DNA of 15,914 nt from an uncultured archaeon (lineage in GTDB: Archaea > Asgardarchaeota > Lokiarchaeia > Sigyniarchaeales > SOKP01). This document shows positions 1 through 8,900 of the stretch, one piece after another. The notes under the pieces were generated by a model that worked only from the letters and a program-made list of their open reading frames with translations, was not told where the DNA came from and made no database searches. The DNA is taken from assembly GCA_964632315.1 (NCBI GenBank), contig CAZWEM010000070.1, forward strand, positions 1 to 15,914. The letters are read 5' to 3'. The stretch's first letter is position 1. Every line of letters starts with the position of its first letter. Both the position numbers and the translations under genes were made by a program.

Positions 1-111
1 ATAGACATATACCGAATAATTATTTGCATCTGAAGATTCCGTCCACGTGAGATCGAAATTACCATCATCATCAGGTTCTTCGGCACTGGAGGATAAATCA
101 AAATCACCAGG
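1..111 (-). repeat. FN3-like protein repeat 3 (cut by the window edge)
   Basis: PGDFDLSSSAEEPDDDGNFDLTWTESSDANNYSVYVY. Confidence 0.8.
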
Positions 112-2934
112 AGCGAATAGAAGATTTAAATCAGCATTTGTATCGATGAAGTGGAAAGTATAATTGTATACTGGCATACTTGAAGGAATGAAAGTACCAT
201 TTAAGAGAATTCCAGTACTTTTTTCGTACCAAGCAATACCTCCCGGTACAAGTAAATCTTCAACTTCCCAGACCCCAACTGGACCAAGTCCAGGAAGGTC
301 GTAAGTTAATTCCCTTGTAACGAAAAAAATATGATCTCCATCACCATTCACCGCGATTGGAATTATATCATACAAGGAAGTATTGGTAAAGATCCATGCA
401 GGCGTGTGAGCAGCGTCTCCGAATGATGAGCCTCCCGACATTATCCTTGTTTGAGCGTCTACCATCCAAGTAAGGGTCAGATGAGCGCCTATATAATCAC
501 TTCCAAAACATTCCTCATATATCAAACTATTTATAGATCTATATGTGTAATTTGTATGTAGAACAACTGGGGATTCCCCTCCCGTTATTAAAGTATGTTT
601 TATGTATAGTCCATCAAAAAGCTCACTTACATATAAGAGAGAGATATTAATATTATTACCCAAGTTTAACTCGCCCAAAACCGGAGGTGCATACACCTTA
701 AAATTGAAATTCCCATAATTAGTTGGTTTCCATTCATAATTGACAGTTACACTGCCAGCAACGGGTAATAAGGGGACTAGAGTAGAATCAACCACGATTC
801 CATCTAAATATAACAATAACTGGACGTCGTATTCATCATTTAAACCTTGGTTTTGTACTGTCGCATTTATTTTATAGCTACAATTAATTTTAACTGAATA
901 AGGTACTTCCAAATATACCACTAACTCGTGGTCTGGAGGCGGGAGAGTTACATTCACCATAACTGAATTTGATAATGTGCTACCCGTAGCATTTACTGCT
1001 ACTACAACGTAATAATAGATACCATCTTCAGTTTTTGTAATTTCATAAGGAGACGTAGCATTTTGATAGGTAAGAATTTCAAGTGTCTCGTTAATCTCAG
1101 TTATAACCTCGGAATGTTTATAAATGGTGTAATTATCTGCTCCCTCAGAAGAGGTCCATGATAAGCTGAAGTTTCCATCAAGATCAGGCTCATCGGTATC
1201 CGTAGTTAAGGTAAAAGGTCCCGGAGAAGGACGTAATACATTGATTTCGAGACAATTTGATAAGGTTCTACCTGATGAATTATAACTAGCCACTCTGAAA
1301 AAATAGTCTCCAGATTTGAGATCATTCATCTCAACAGGCGCGTTGTCATATTGATGAGAAATTAAATCAAGATCTGGGTTTATATAAGATATATAAGAAT
1401 CCGACATGTATAATTTATATTCTTCAGCTCCTTCTGAGATAGTCCAGGAAAGATTAAAATCTCCATTTATGTCGGGATTATCAGCATCAGAAGTTAGAAT
1501 AAATTCTCCTGGAAGATCTCCCCCTTCATTTATCCCCCAAGGTGGTAACAATAGAGGACCAGTAACCAGAATGTCGGGATAAAGCATTCCAAACGTAGGA
1601 ACAACTTTCTTAATTCCACCCATTTGCCATTGACAGAATAGATAATGATTATATGGCCATCCTTCCACTAAATCATGAGAGTGAGTAAAAGCAAAGTTTC
1701 CGCTAGCACCTTTAAAAGGATTTGTCTCATTTACATTTTCTAGTGCTGAAACGATAACATCGGGATTAAAAGACTTAGTTATATTCACTGCGTGTGTTAT
1801 TAATCTAACTGCATCGTATGCACCTACACCAGTATAATAAGGTTCTATACCATATTCATTTACATATGCATCCCAAAAAGGAATAGTTAGAGTGGTTTTA
1901 TTGGCACGAAAAGTATTTTGCATCACAATTTCAAACTCACACATCCCAAATGAGTCATACCAATATGATCCTTTCTCAGCAAGCTTGTTTAGACCCGCGA
2001 TTAAAAATTTAGGCTTTAAATCGTTATATGCTAAATCCATTAAAATTCCCCCTACACCTGATATCAAGGGGATGAGGATTTGGGCGCCTGAAGCCTGAAT
2101 CTGAGATATATAAAAAGCGAAATCAGACATAAGAGCTGTTATTGGGAATACTATTTCATCCACAATGGTTAGAGATGGTGTATATACTGGTAGATAAGAA
2201 TTTAACCAAACACTCCATTGATCGGTCCATGGTAGATCTTCCCTAATAATGGCGATCTTGTTTACAGTTTCGTTTAAATATACTGGTGAGGATAATACTG
2301 CTTGTAAGGTTAAAATAAACACAAGAAGTTCTTTAAATTTGGATGTTTCATTTATTGGCATTCCTCTATAGAAATATTTATATCTGTCATAATCATTTAA
2401 GACTTTTTTACAAAGATTGTCTGTGTCAGAACCAGTACCGATAAATGGAATCTCATGATCCATAATTATTTCTAAATAGGCAAGAAGCGCCTCAGTTCGT
2501 GACCCACCGATAATAAAATGAGGATCATTGTCAAGTAATTCTTCTGTTGCTGTTACTGCTTTCGTTAAATCAAGATTATAATTTTGTTCATCTGTATTTT
2601 CAGCTGAAATTCCCACATAATATTGAGAGGCATTGATTTCAATACCTCCCGCTTGGTTAATCTCTTTTGCAGCTAAAAGTGCTCCATTCTTTGTATGTTC
2701 ACCAGATCGATTCAAATCATCAAGTACACCAATTTTTATAACTTGATCTATACTTAAGGGACCAGTAATACCTGGTATAATATAATCATCGATTAGAATA
2801 TCAGAAAATTCTGGACTTTCAAGTTCTGATTTAGTATCAATTTCTCTATAAATAAAATAGCGATATTGAGTAGGAAAAGAACTTAAAAAAATAATTAGAA
2901 TTAAAATAAAATGCTTTTTTGTTATTTTTAACAT
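1..2934 (-). CDS. Large secreted/surface protein: LivK-like (type I periplasmic-binding fold) substrate-binding domain, FN3-like repeats and a CARDB-like domain; C-terminus lies beyond the left edge
   Basis: Translated by hand from ATG at 2934: MLKITKKHFILILIIFLSSFP (signal/anchor), then IKIGVLDDL..GEHTKNGALLAAKEINQAGGI, HFIIGGSRTE, IPFIGTGS, YKYFYR, GAYDAVRLI, FKGASGNFAF..SHD. I found no stop in the frame down to position 1. It is missing from the ORF track because it has no stop inside the window. Confidence 0.9.
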   Translation of the reverse strand, partial: MLKITKKHFILILIIFLSSFPTQYRYFIYREIDTKSELESPEFSDILIDDYIIPGITGPLSIDQVIKIGVLDDLNRSGEHTKNGALLAAKEINQAGGIEINASQYYVGISAENTDEQNYNLDLTKAVTATEELLDNDPHFIIGGSRTEALLAYLEIIMDHEIPFIGTGSDTDNLCKKVLNDYDRYKYFYRGMPINETSKFKELLVFILTLQAVLSSPVYLNETVNKIAIIREDLPWTDQWSVWLNSYLPVYTPSLTIVDEIVFPITALMSDFAFYISQIQASGAQILIPLISGVGGILMDLAYNDLKPKFLIAGLNKLAEKGSYWYDSFGMCEFEIVMQNTFRANKTTLTIPFWDAYVNEYGIEPYYTGVGAYDAVRLITHAVNITKSFNPDVIVSALENVNETNPFKGASGNFAFTHSHDLVEGWPYNHYLFCQWQMGGIKKVVPTFGMLYPDILVTGPLLLPPWGINEGGDLPGEFILTSDADNPDINGDFNLSWTISEGAEEYKLYMSDSYISYINPDLDLISHQYDNAPVEMNDLKSGDYFFRVASYNSSGRTLSNCLEINVLRPSPGPFTLTTDTDEPDLDGNFSLSWTSSEGADNYTIYKHSEVITEINETLEILTYQNATSPYEITKTEDGIYYYVVVAVNATGSTLSNSVMVNVTLPPPDHELVVYLEVPYSVKINCSYKINATVQNQGLNDEYDVQLLLYLDGIVVDSTLVPLLPVAGSVTVNYEWKPTNYGNFNFKVYAPPVLGELNLGNNINISLLYVSELFDGLYIKHTLITGGESPVVLHTNYTYRSINSLIYEECFGSDYIGAHLTLTWMVDAQTRIMSGGSSFGDAAHTPAWIFTNTSLYDIIPIAVNGDGDHIFFVTRELTYDLPGLGPVGVWEVEDLLVPGGIAWYEKSTGILLNGTFIPSSMPVYNYTFHFIDTNADLNLLFAPGDFDLSSSAEEPDDDGNFDLTWTESSDANNYSVYVY
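940..1224 (-). repeat. FN3-like protein repeat 2
   Basis: PGPFTLTTDTDEPDLDGNFSLSWTSSEGADNYTIYK...TLSNSVMVNVT. Confidence 0.8.
1225..1512 (-). repeat. FN3-like protein repeat 1
   Basis: PGEFILTSDADNPDINGDFNLSWTISEGAEEYKLYMS...TLSNCLEINV. Confidence 0.8.
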
Positions 2935-2987
2935 CTTTTTTGCCTTTAATGTGAAAAAATTTGCAATATAAATTTAAGTTAATGAAT

Positions 2988-2995
2988 TATTTAAA
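2988..2995 (-). promoter_or_regulatory. Candidate archaeal TATA box for the surface-protein gene
   Basis: Reads TTTAAATA on the minus strand about 55-60 nt upstream of ATG 2934. An alternative TTTATA lies at about 2967-2972. Confidence 0.35.
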
Positions 2996-3007
2996 GTATT
3001 CCTTGAG

Positions 3008-3020
3008 TCACTGACAGTGA
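3008..3020. promoter_or_regulatory. Perfect palindrome TCACTG-A-CAGTGA, possible transcription-factor site
   Basis: 6-1-6 inverted repeat, relatively GC-rich within an AT-rich divergent intergenic region, just upstream of the candidate TATA box. Confidence 0.35.
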
Positions 3021-3338
3021 GAGTAGCACTCCTTGGAAATAGTATTATTCGAGGGTATTGGAAGAAATCATAATTCTAATATTTTTTTTTTTAATTTTTC
3101 ATCCCAGAAATGCATGAAACGCGATAAGATACAAGCTAATATTCCTGATAGGAGATCTCTACATATGAAAGAGGAATAAGTATCGCAAATTATCCCAAAA
3201 AACTGCCAATTAAGAGTTTATAATCTAATAAAAATCAAATATCATACTTTTTTAGATGATTTCTCAATAATAATGCAAAATGATGTTAAGTTTGTTACGA
3301 AATTAATTGGATTTAATATTTAAGCCAATCATTAAGAA

Positions 3339-3369
3339 TTTTAACCTTGAAATTTTTTAACCTTAAAAT
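3339..3369 (+). repeat. 15-bp direct repeat upstream of the SDR gene
   Basis: TTTTAACCTTGAAAT (3339-3353) and TTTTAACCTTAAAAT (3355-3369), one mismatch. Confidence 0.5.
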
Positions 3370-3389
3370 CTTAATTTTGATTGATAATC

Positions 3390-4238
3390 ATGAACATGAA
3401 AAATGAAACTTCTATTGTTACGGGCTCTACATCTGGAATCGGTAAAAAGCTTGCAGAAACTTTTCTAAAGGAAGGATGTAAGGTTGCGATTTGTTCGAGA
3501 AGTGCTGAGCACGTATACGATACTCTCTCTGAATTGAAACCAGAATTTGGGAGTTCAATTATTGGATTTCCTTGTGATGTGAACAAGCCGGAAGATCTCA
3601 AGAATTTAGTGAGTAAAGTCATGGAAGCATTTGGATCAATTAGAATTCTTGTTGCGAATGCAGGATTAGAGAAAAATTATGGTCCATTCGAATACATGCC
3701 CCCAGAGATGGTCTACGAAAATGCAAACTTCATATTAGGTGTTAATTTGATAGGAATGATGAATTCCATTGCTGCTGTTTTACCTCAAATGAAAAAACAG
3801 AAGTATGGGCGCATAGTTACCTTATCTGGTGGGGGTGCGGATAGACCACTCTCTAATATGACGATTTACTCCGCATCGAAAGGTGGAGTCGTCGCGTTTT
3901 CAAAATGTTTTGCTGAAGAATTAAAAGAATCAAATGCTAAAGATGGCGACATTAAAATTAACATTTTTCAACCTGGAATGCAAAAGACAGGACTTACTAC
4001 TCACACTGGTGTTGTACCAGGATGGATGGACGCCGAAACGGTTAAAAGGAATTCCGAATTAGCATTGAAGTATTTGGGAGGTGATTTAGAAGAAAGTTGT
4101 AGTAAAGTCATACCATTTGTGCTTCCCTCGTGTAAAAAGAACGGAAAAGTGTTCCGTGGGTTTAAAATTATGAACATGATTAAAGGCGGTATGAAGTTAA
4201 GGAAAGAAATGAAAAAGATGCGTCAAGATAGAACATAA
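3390..4238 (+). CDS. Classical short-chain dehydrogenase/reductase (SDR family)
   Basis: TGSTSGIG (TGxxxGxG), NAG and catalytic YSASK (YxxxK) motifs, plus PG after the catalytic helix. The start is more likely ATG 3390 or 3396 than TTG 3381. Substrate unknown. Confidence 0.93.
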   Translation: MNMKNETSIVTGSTSGIGKKLAETFLKEGCKVAICSRSAEHVYDTLSELKPEFGSSIIGFPCDVNKPEDLKNLVSKVMEAFGSIRILVANAGLEKNYGPFEYMPPEMVYENANFILGVNLIGMMNSIAAVLPQMKKQKYGRIVTLSGGGADRPLSNMTIYSASKGGVVAFSKCFAEELKESNAKDGDIKINIFQPGMQKTGLTTHTGVVPGWMDAETVKRNSELALKYLGGDLEESCSKVIPFVLPSCKKNGKVFRGFKIMNMIKGGMKLRKEMKKMRQDRT

Positions 4239-4324
4239 ATATTTGTTTTATATATAATTTTTACTTAACTTGTTTTTTTATCCCTAAATTTACCTTATTT
4301 AGAAATTAAAAACTCAATTTTTTG

Positions 4325-4332
4325 TTTAAATA
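4325..4332 (+). promoter_or_regulatory. Candidate TATA box for the four-gene operon (leaderless or short leader)
   Basis: TTTAAATA 22-29 nt upstream of ATG 4354, with no obvious RBS before that ATG. Confidence 0.55.
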
Positions 4333-4353
4333 TCTTCCCATCAGAGATAGTGC

Positions 4354-5094
4354 ATGGAGAAGGATAACAGAATTATTAGAATCTACCGCCTAATGTTCAT
4401 CTTAGGAGGGCTCATCACTTTCATTTCATGCTTTATTGAATGGTATCACATCGAGGTACTCAACGAACTGGGAGAAGTTGTGTTGGAATGTTCCTATCAT
4501 CTATTTTTAGGTTGGAAGGTAGTTGATAGAATTGCTCCTGGAGCACTTACTGAATTTTATCCTCAATCTTCACCAATGTCGATTGAGTTTGTATTCTTTT
4601 ATCTAGGAATATTAGTAATTTCGGTATACATCTCACTCTTTAAAGGATCGCCTAAATTGCAGAATCCTCAAAAATCCAGATATACGGCTTATTTCTTACT
4701 TACTACGACTATCTTAACGCTAATAATGATCTTGTACTTTTCTTTTGGGATGGTTTCTTCGGATGGATTGCACGTACCCGCTCTTGTAATCTATGACCAA
4801 TCTTACGAGGTAGTTATTTATCAATATATCGGAATCGGGTTTGTTTTACACATTACTTCGTTCATATTCTTATTCCCCTTAGCGTGGTTTCAATTTAGAT
4901 TGAATGCCCAATTTGAGTTAACCAAGGATAATCAAAAGATTGGGAGTGACAACATTATAGATTTAAACCTTGATCAACTCATTGCCGAAGAAATTGCCCA
5001 AAGAGATTCCGACAAAGCTTTCAAATCAACTGAAATAGAAAAAGATATGGGAGTTATCTTATCCAATTATCAACTACGGAGGTCTGAACAGTGA
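4354..5094 (+). CDS. Hypothetical four-TM membrane protein with a charged C-terminal tail
   Basis: 246-aa ORF with four hydrophobic segments (LMFILGGLITFISCFI, FVFFYLGILVISVYISLF, AYFLLTTTILTLIMILYFSF, IGIGFVLHITSFIFLFPLAWF). Its stop overlaps the next start (GTGA). Confidence 0.85.
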   Translation: MEKDNRIIRIYRLMFILGGLITFISCFIEWYHIEVLNELGEVVLECSYHLFLGWKVVDRIAPGALTEFYPQSSPMSIEFVFFYLGILVISVYISLFKGSPKLQNPQKSRYTAYFLLTTTILTLIMILYFSFGMVSSDGLHVPALVIYDQSYEVVIYQYIGIGFVLHITSFIFLFPLAWFQFRLNAQFELTKDNQKIGSDNIIDLNLDQLIAEEIAQRDSDKAFKSTEIEKDMGVILSNYQLRRSEQ

Positions 5095-5927
5095 ATGATC
5101 AGAAGGTTTTCAAGTTTAAAAAATTGGTAGAAGCGTGTTTGGAGACAAAAAATTATGTAAAGTTAGCGGCAACCACTCTCATATTGCTTAGGAATATTGT
5201 TATTTCACATGCTCATTCACTTCAAATTCCTCTAAGATCAGATGCTCACATTCATGAAATGATGCTTCAAATAAATCGTGTTTTGAGTTTTAAGCCTAAT
5301 GCTTCACTGTATGATGAATCCATAATCGCAAGGATAAAGTTAATCGAAAACCTAATGAAAAAAGGAAGAGGAGAGATCCCTTTAAGGTTCATTAAAGATG
5401 CAGCCTCTTTATATTTTGATCTCCAACAAATCTCTATTCCTTCAGATAAATTAGGGGTTGATCCATCGAGTGATTTGGCTTCTAAAGGACTATTCTCGCG
5501 TTTTAATAAATCCAAGAATGAAACGCCAATCTTTCAATTAATAACTCACGAGCTTTCCTCCCGGGAACAATCCCTTCGATCTCGTGTTACTAACGGAAAA
5601 GATGAATCCGCAATGTTGGAATTACAGAGAATTTCCCACCTAAAAGCCTCCCTTAGCAGCAATCAGAATAAAAAAGTTCAAGTAAAGGGTCCTATATCTA
5701 AAGATCAAAGATATAACTTATTTATTGCTCAAAGTAAAGCTTATCCTCTTCTTGGTATCTTCTTCTTATTAGTAACCCTTTCTCTGTTGGTATTGGTTCA
5801 GATGACATTGAATTTTGCTTTATTAGAACCTTTAGGAACATTTTTTTTAATGTTCGGTGGAGGGGCAGCATTTAGTCTTTATCTTTATTCCTTAGCAAAA
5901 AGGAAGGTGGTGAATTCGCTTTGGTAG
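5091..5927 (+). CDS. Hypothetical membrane protein: helical N-terminal region and C-terminal TM hairpin
   Basis: 278-aa ORF, GTG start preceded by GGAGGT, two C-terminal hydrophobic helices, overlaps both neighbours. Confidence 0.85.
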   Translation: MNDQKVFKFKKLVEACLETKNYVKLAATTLILLRNIVISHAHSLQIPLRSDAHIHEMMLQINRVLSFKPNASLYDESIIARIKLIENLMKKGRGEIPLRFIKDAASLYFDLQQISIPSDKLGVDPSSDLASKGLFSRFNKSKNETPIFQLITHELSSREQSLRSRVTNGKDESAMLELQRISHLKASLSSNQNKKVQVKGPISKDQRYNLFIAQSKAYPLLGIFFLLVTLSLLVLVQMTLNFALLEPLGTFFLMFGGGAAFSLYLYSLAKRKVVNSLW

Positions 5928-8900
5928 ATTACATACAATATTTAGAAAAATCAAGTTTAAAATCCTCTAAACATAAAAAACAAGGAGAGCAAGAAGAAGA
6001 TCATTCTAAAGATCGTGATTTATGGCCTATCAATCCCGAATTTCGGGACGTGAATCCAAAGTATTTGGCAATGAGACTCGGAAGTTTAATGGTAATACTT
6101 GCAGTGATGATCTCTCATTTAATCTTATTATCTTTTTCTTTCATTACAGTAATTGAATTAACGATGTTCAGTATTCTATTGTTTTTATTCGCATTTCGAG
6201 AACGAATCTTTTTCCTTCAAAAGCTTTTCTCTCTTCGACAGTTTGATCCTTTTGAATTTTTCGTGTTTTGGCATCTAAAAGATGATCCTCATTCGGTATT
6301 TTATACTCTACCTGCAGATTTTTTAACGGTAGGGCTTCGAGTCTTTCGCATGGAAGTCATTCCTGAGAACGTGACCGCGAGCATAAAACATTTTGTTCGT
6401 GCAGCAGCAAGTAATTTCCATTCACTTAATTATCAAGTTGTCCATCAGCCAATGCATACCTCATTGTTTGACAAGAATTTTCCAAGAAAACATTCTCATC
6501 GCACATTCATTTATTTTACCGTCGCTAAGAAGTTTACTGGTTTCGTCACTATATCGAAATTAAAGCGATTGATGCAATCCTTACGTGCTGAAACTTCAAA
6601 TTTTTCTTCTCGGTTTATTGCTGATTTTCACCATTATAGGATTATAATGCTTTCTAAAAGAGAGACAACAAGCGCCTTGAGAACTATATTTCTTCAACTA
6701 CCAGAAACAGAAACTGGAAGCGAAAGCGATTTCGAGGTGAAAAAACCGATATCTCCCATTCAAGCTTTCACGAAGATAAGTGTTATCCTCTTTCTCTCTA
6801 TCCTTAATGGATGGTTAATTTCATTAACGTGGAACAATTCGTTGCTTTCGATGTTGATTAGCTTAAGTAGTTGCATTCTCCTAATTTTGATTTGGTGGAA
6901 GGAATTGGTATTTCGAATCTCCTCAAAACGCATCCTTGATTTGGATGCAGTGAAAATAATTAACCCCTTTCAAGATATGTCCTTTTATCGCTTTAAGAAG
7001 GCTCCAGACTCGATTTACTTTCATTCTAATAAGGGAATTACTGGAGGCATCCACGCATTAAACGTGCGACACGTCCCTCAACCATTATTTTTCGATGAGA
7101 ATAAACTCTATCATCCCTTAGTCGGCACAGGAATCTCTTTTAGTACTACTATCTCTGCGGTGCCCATTTCGTTTAAAGCTTTTGAGAAAGCGGGATTTAA
7201 GAAGCTTAATCGCCGTGCTCGAAATGACCTCTCTTGGAAGGCTCGAACCGAAGAGGCACGAGCGATTTGGATGGTCCAAAGAGCAGGCATTTGGAAAGCA
7301 GAAATGGTACTAACCACCCAAGCATATCGGAAGGAAAAAGAGCTATCAAGCGAAACATTGCAGGATATCGAGATGGAATTGCTAGAAAACAGTCAAAAAC
7401 TTTCAGGCTTGTTTTACATCCAGTATTCGGCTTGCCGTCTGCAATCACTTCACAACAATCGCTTAGAATCAGCGGTACTAATGACTTCGATAAAAAGTCG
7501 ATACACCCGCTTAGGTGGATCTCACTTGAGATATTCATTAATTCAGGGAATGGATCTTTACCACTTTTTGGACATAGATAACGCTTTCAAGAAGGGAATT
7601 GAAACCAAGATTGCGGCTGAATTTAACACTCCACTTCACTTGGAGAATGAAATACCCTTAGGGCATACAATCAATACCGAATTCTTGGAACAAGAAGTAG
7701 TTGCCGGTTTTTCATTGGATCAAGCCCGAGAGCTCCTCATAATGAATGGAACAGACGCTTCACGAGAGGAAGTCTCTCTATTAATAGCTAGGAATCTAAT
7801 TGCCCAAGGACAAAAAGTCATCTATTTTGATTTTACAGGAAATGGTTCGAAGTTGATTAAATTACTAAAAAAAGAATCTTTACATAATAATATCCTACTT
7901 TATAACTTAGGAAAGACACTCTCTATTGACCCTATTCATTCCGAAATTCCTCACGATACTCAAAACGTGAAGTTTTTAGACTTGATGCTGGATGTCTATG
8001 CTCTGTGCTTTAAAAAGGATGAGCACACCGTTGCCATGTTCAAGAATTCTCTTTCTCAACTCTCTACATCTGGAGATAAGGCGGATTTCATGGGATTTCA
8101 CACTTTATCACTAACTCTCGATACCCAGCAAGATTGGAAAACATCACCCGCGGTGAGTTCCATTTTATCCACGTTAGAAGATTTCACAGAACAAGATTCA
8201 GTATACTTGTATTCCCAAGGGAATTCTCCCCAAAACAAATCGACCGTAGTTGAATTCTTCAAAAATGAGAAAAGCATCATTATTGACATTTCAAGCACGA
8301 ACGATTTAGAGAAAAAATGCTTCTTCACTTGGTTAATCTTGGCAAAATTACTCCATTATCAATCGCGTGTTGATGATGTCACTCCTAAATATTTCATTAT
8401 CCCTCATATTGATATGGTTTTTGATCAATATTTTTTGGAGAAAAACATGAAATACGGTAAGATTGGGAAATTTATCTCGCCCTTACTTCAAGCAGGTCAT
8501 GGCTTGGTCTGTACTGCAAGTCAAGCTCATTTTCTTCATTCTAGTATCTTTTATCTCTTTCTCAATTATATAACATTTAAAGCGACTGATACGAGGGATA
8601 TTAGTACTTTGCGAAATGTTCTTAATTTAGAAGAATTACACGGTCAAGGTTATTATAGTAAGAGTCGCAATGAAGCGTATCAAGTGCGCTACCTCATGAC
8701 CATGCGACCTCACGAAGCCTTGATGAAACGAGATGATATTTACCAACCCTTTCCCGTTGAATTTGACGTTAATTCAATCAAAACAATGGTTCCTTTGTCA
8801 TGGAAAGAGATCATATATCACATGAAAAATGAGGGGTATGATATTGAGGATGCTGAACGTGAAATTTTTGAACGAGCACGGAAGACCGTCATTGAAAATG

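Noticed and set aside
1892-2098. 68-aa plus-strand ORF
   Set aside because: Antisense shadow of the large minus-strand surface-protein gene.
3082-3092. Long poly-T run as a phase-variation tract
   Set aside because: Intergenic, and similar T tracts occur elsewhere in this AT-rich window; no supporting evidence.
3371-3622. 83-aa minus-strand ORF
   Set aside because: Antisense to the well-supported SDR gene.
3390-4238. SDR as part of the pseudo-ATPase operon or as a ketosphinganine reductase
   Set aside because: It is separated from the operon by a T-rich gap and a new TATA box, and SDR substrate cannot be read from motifs.
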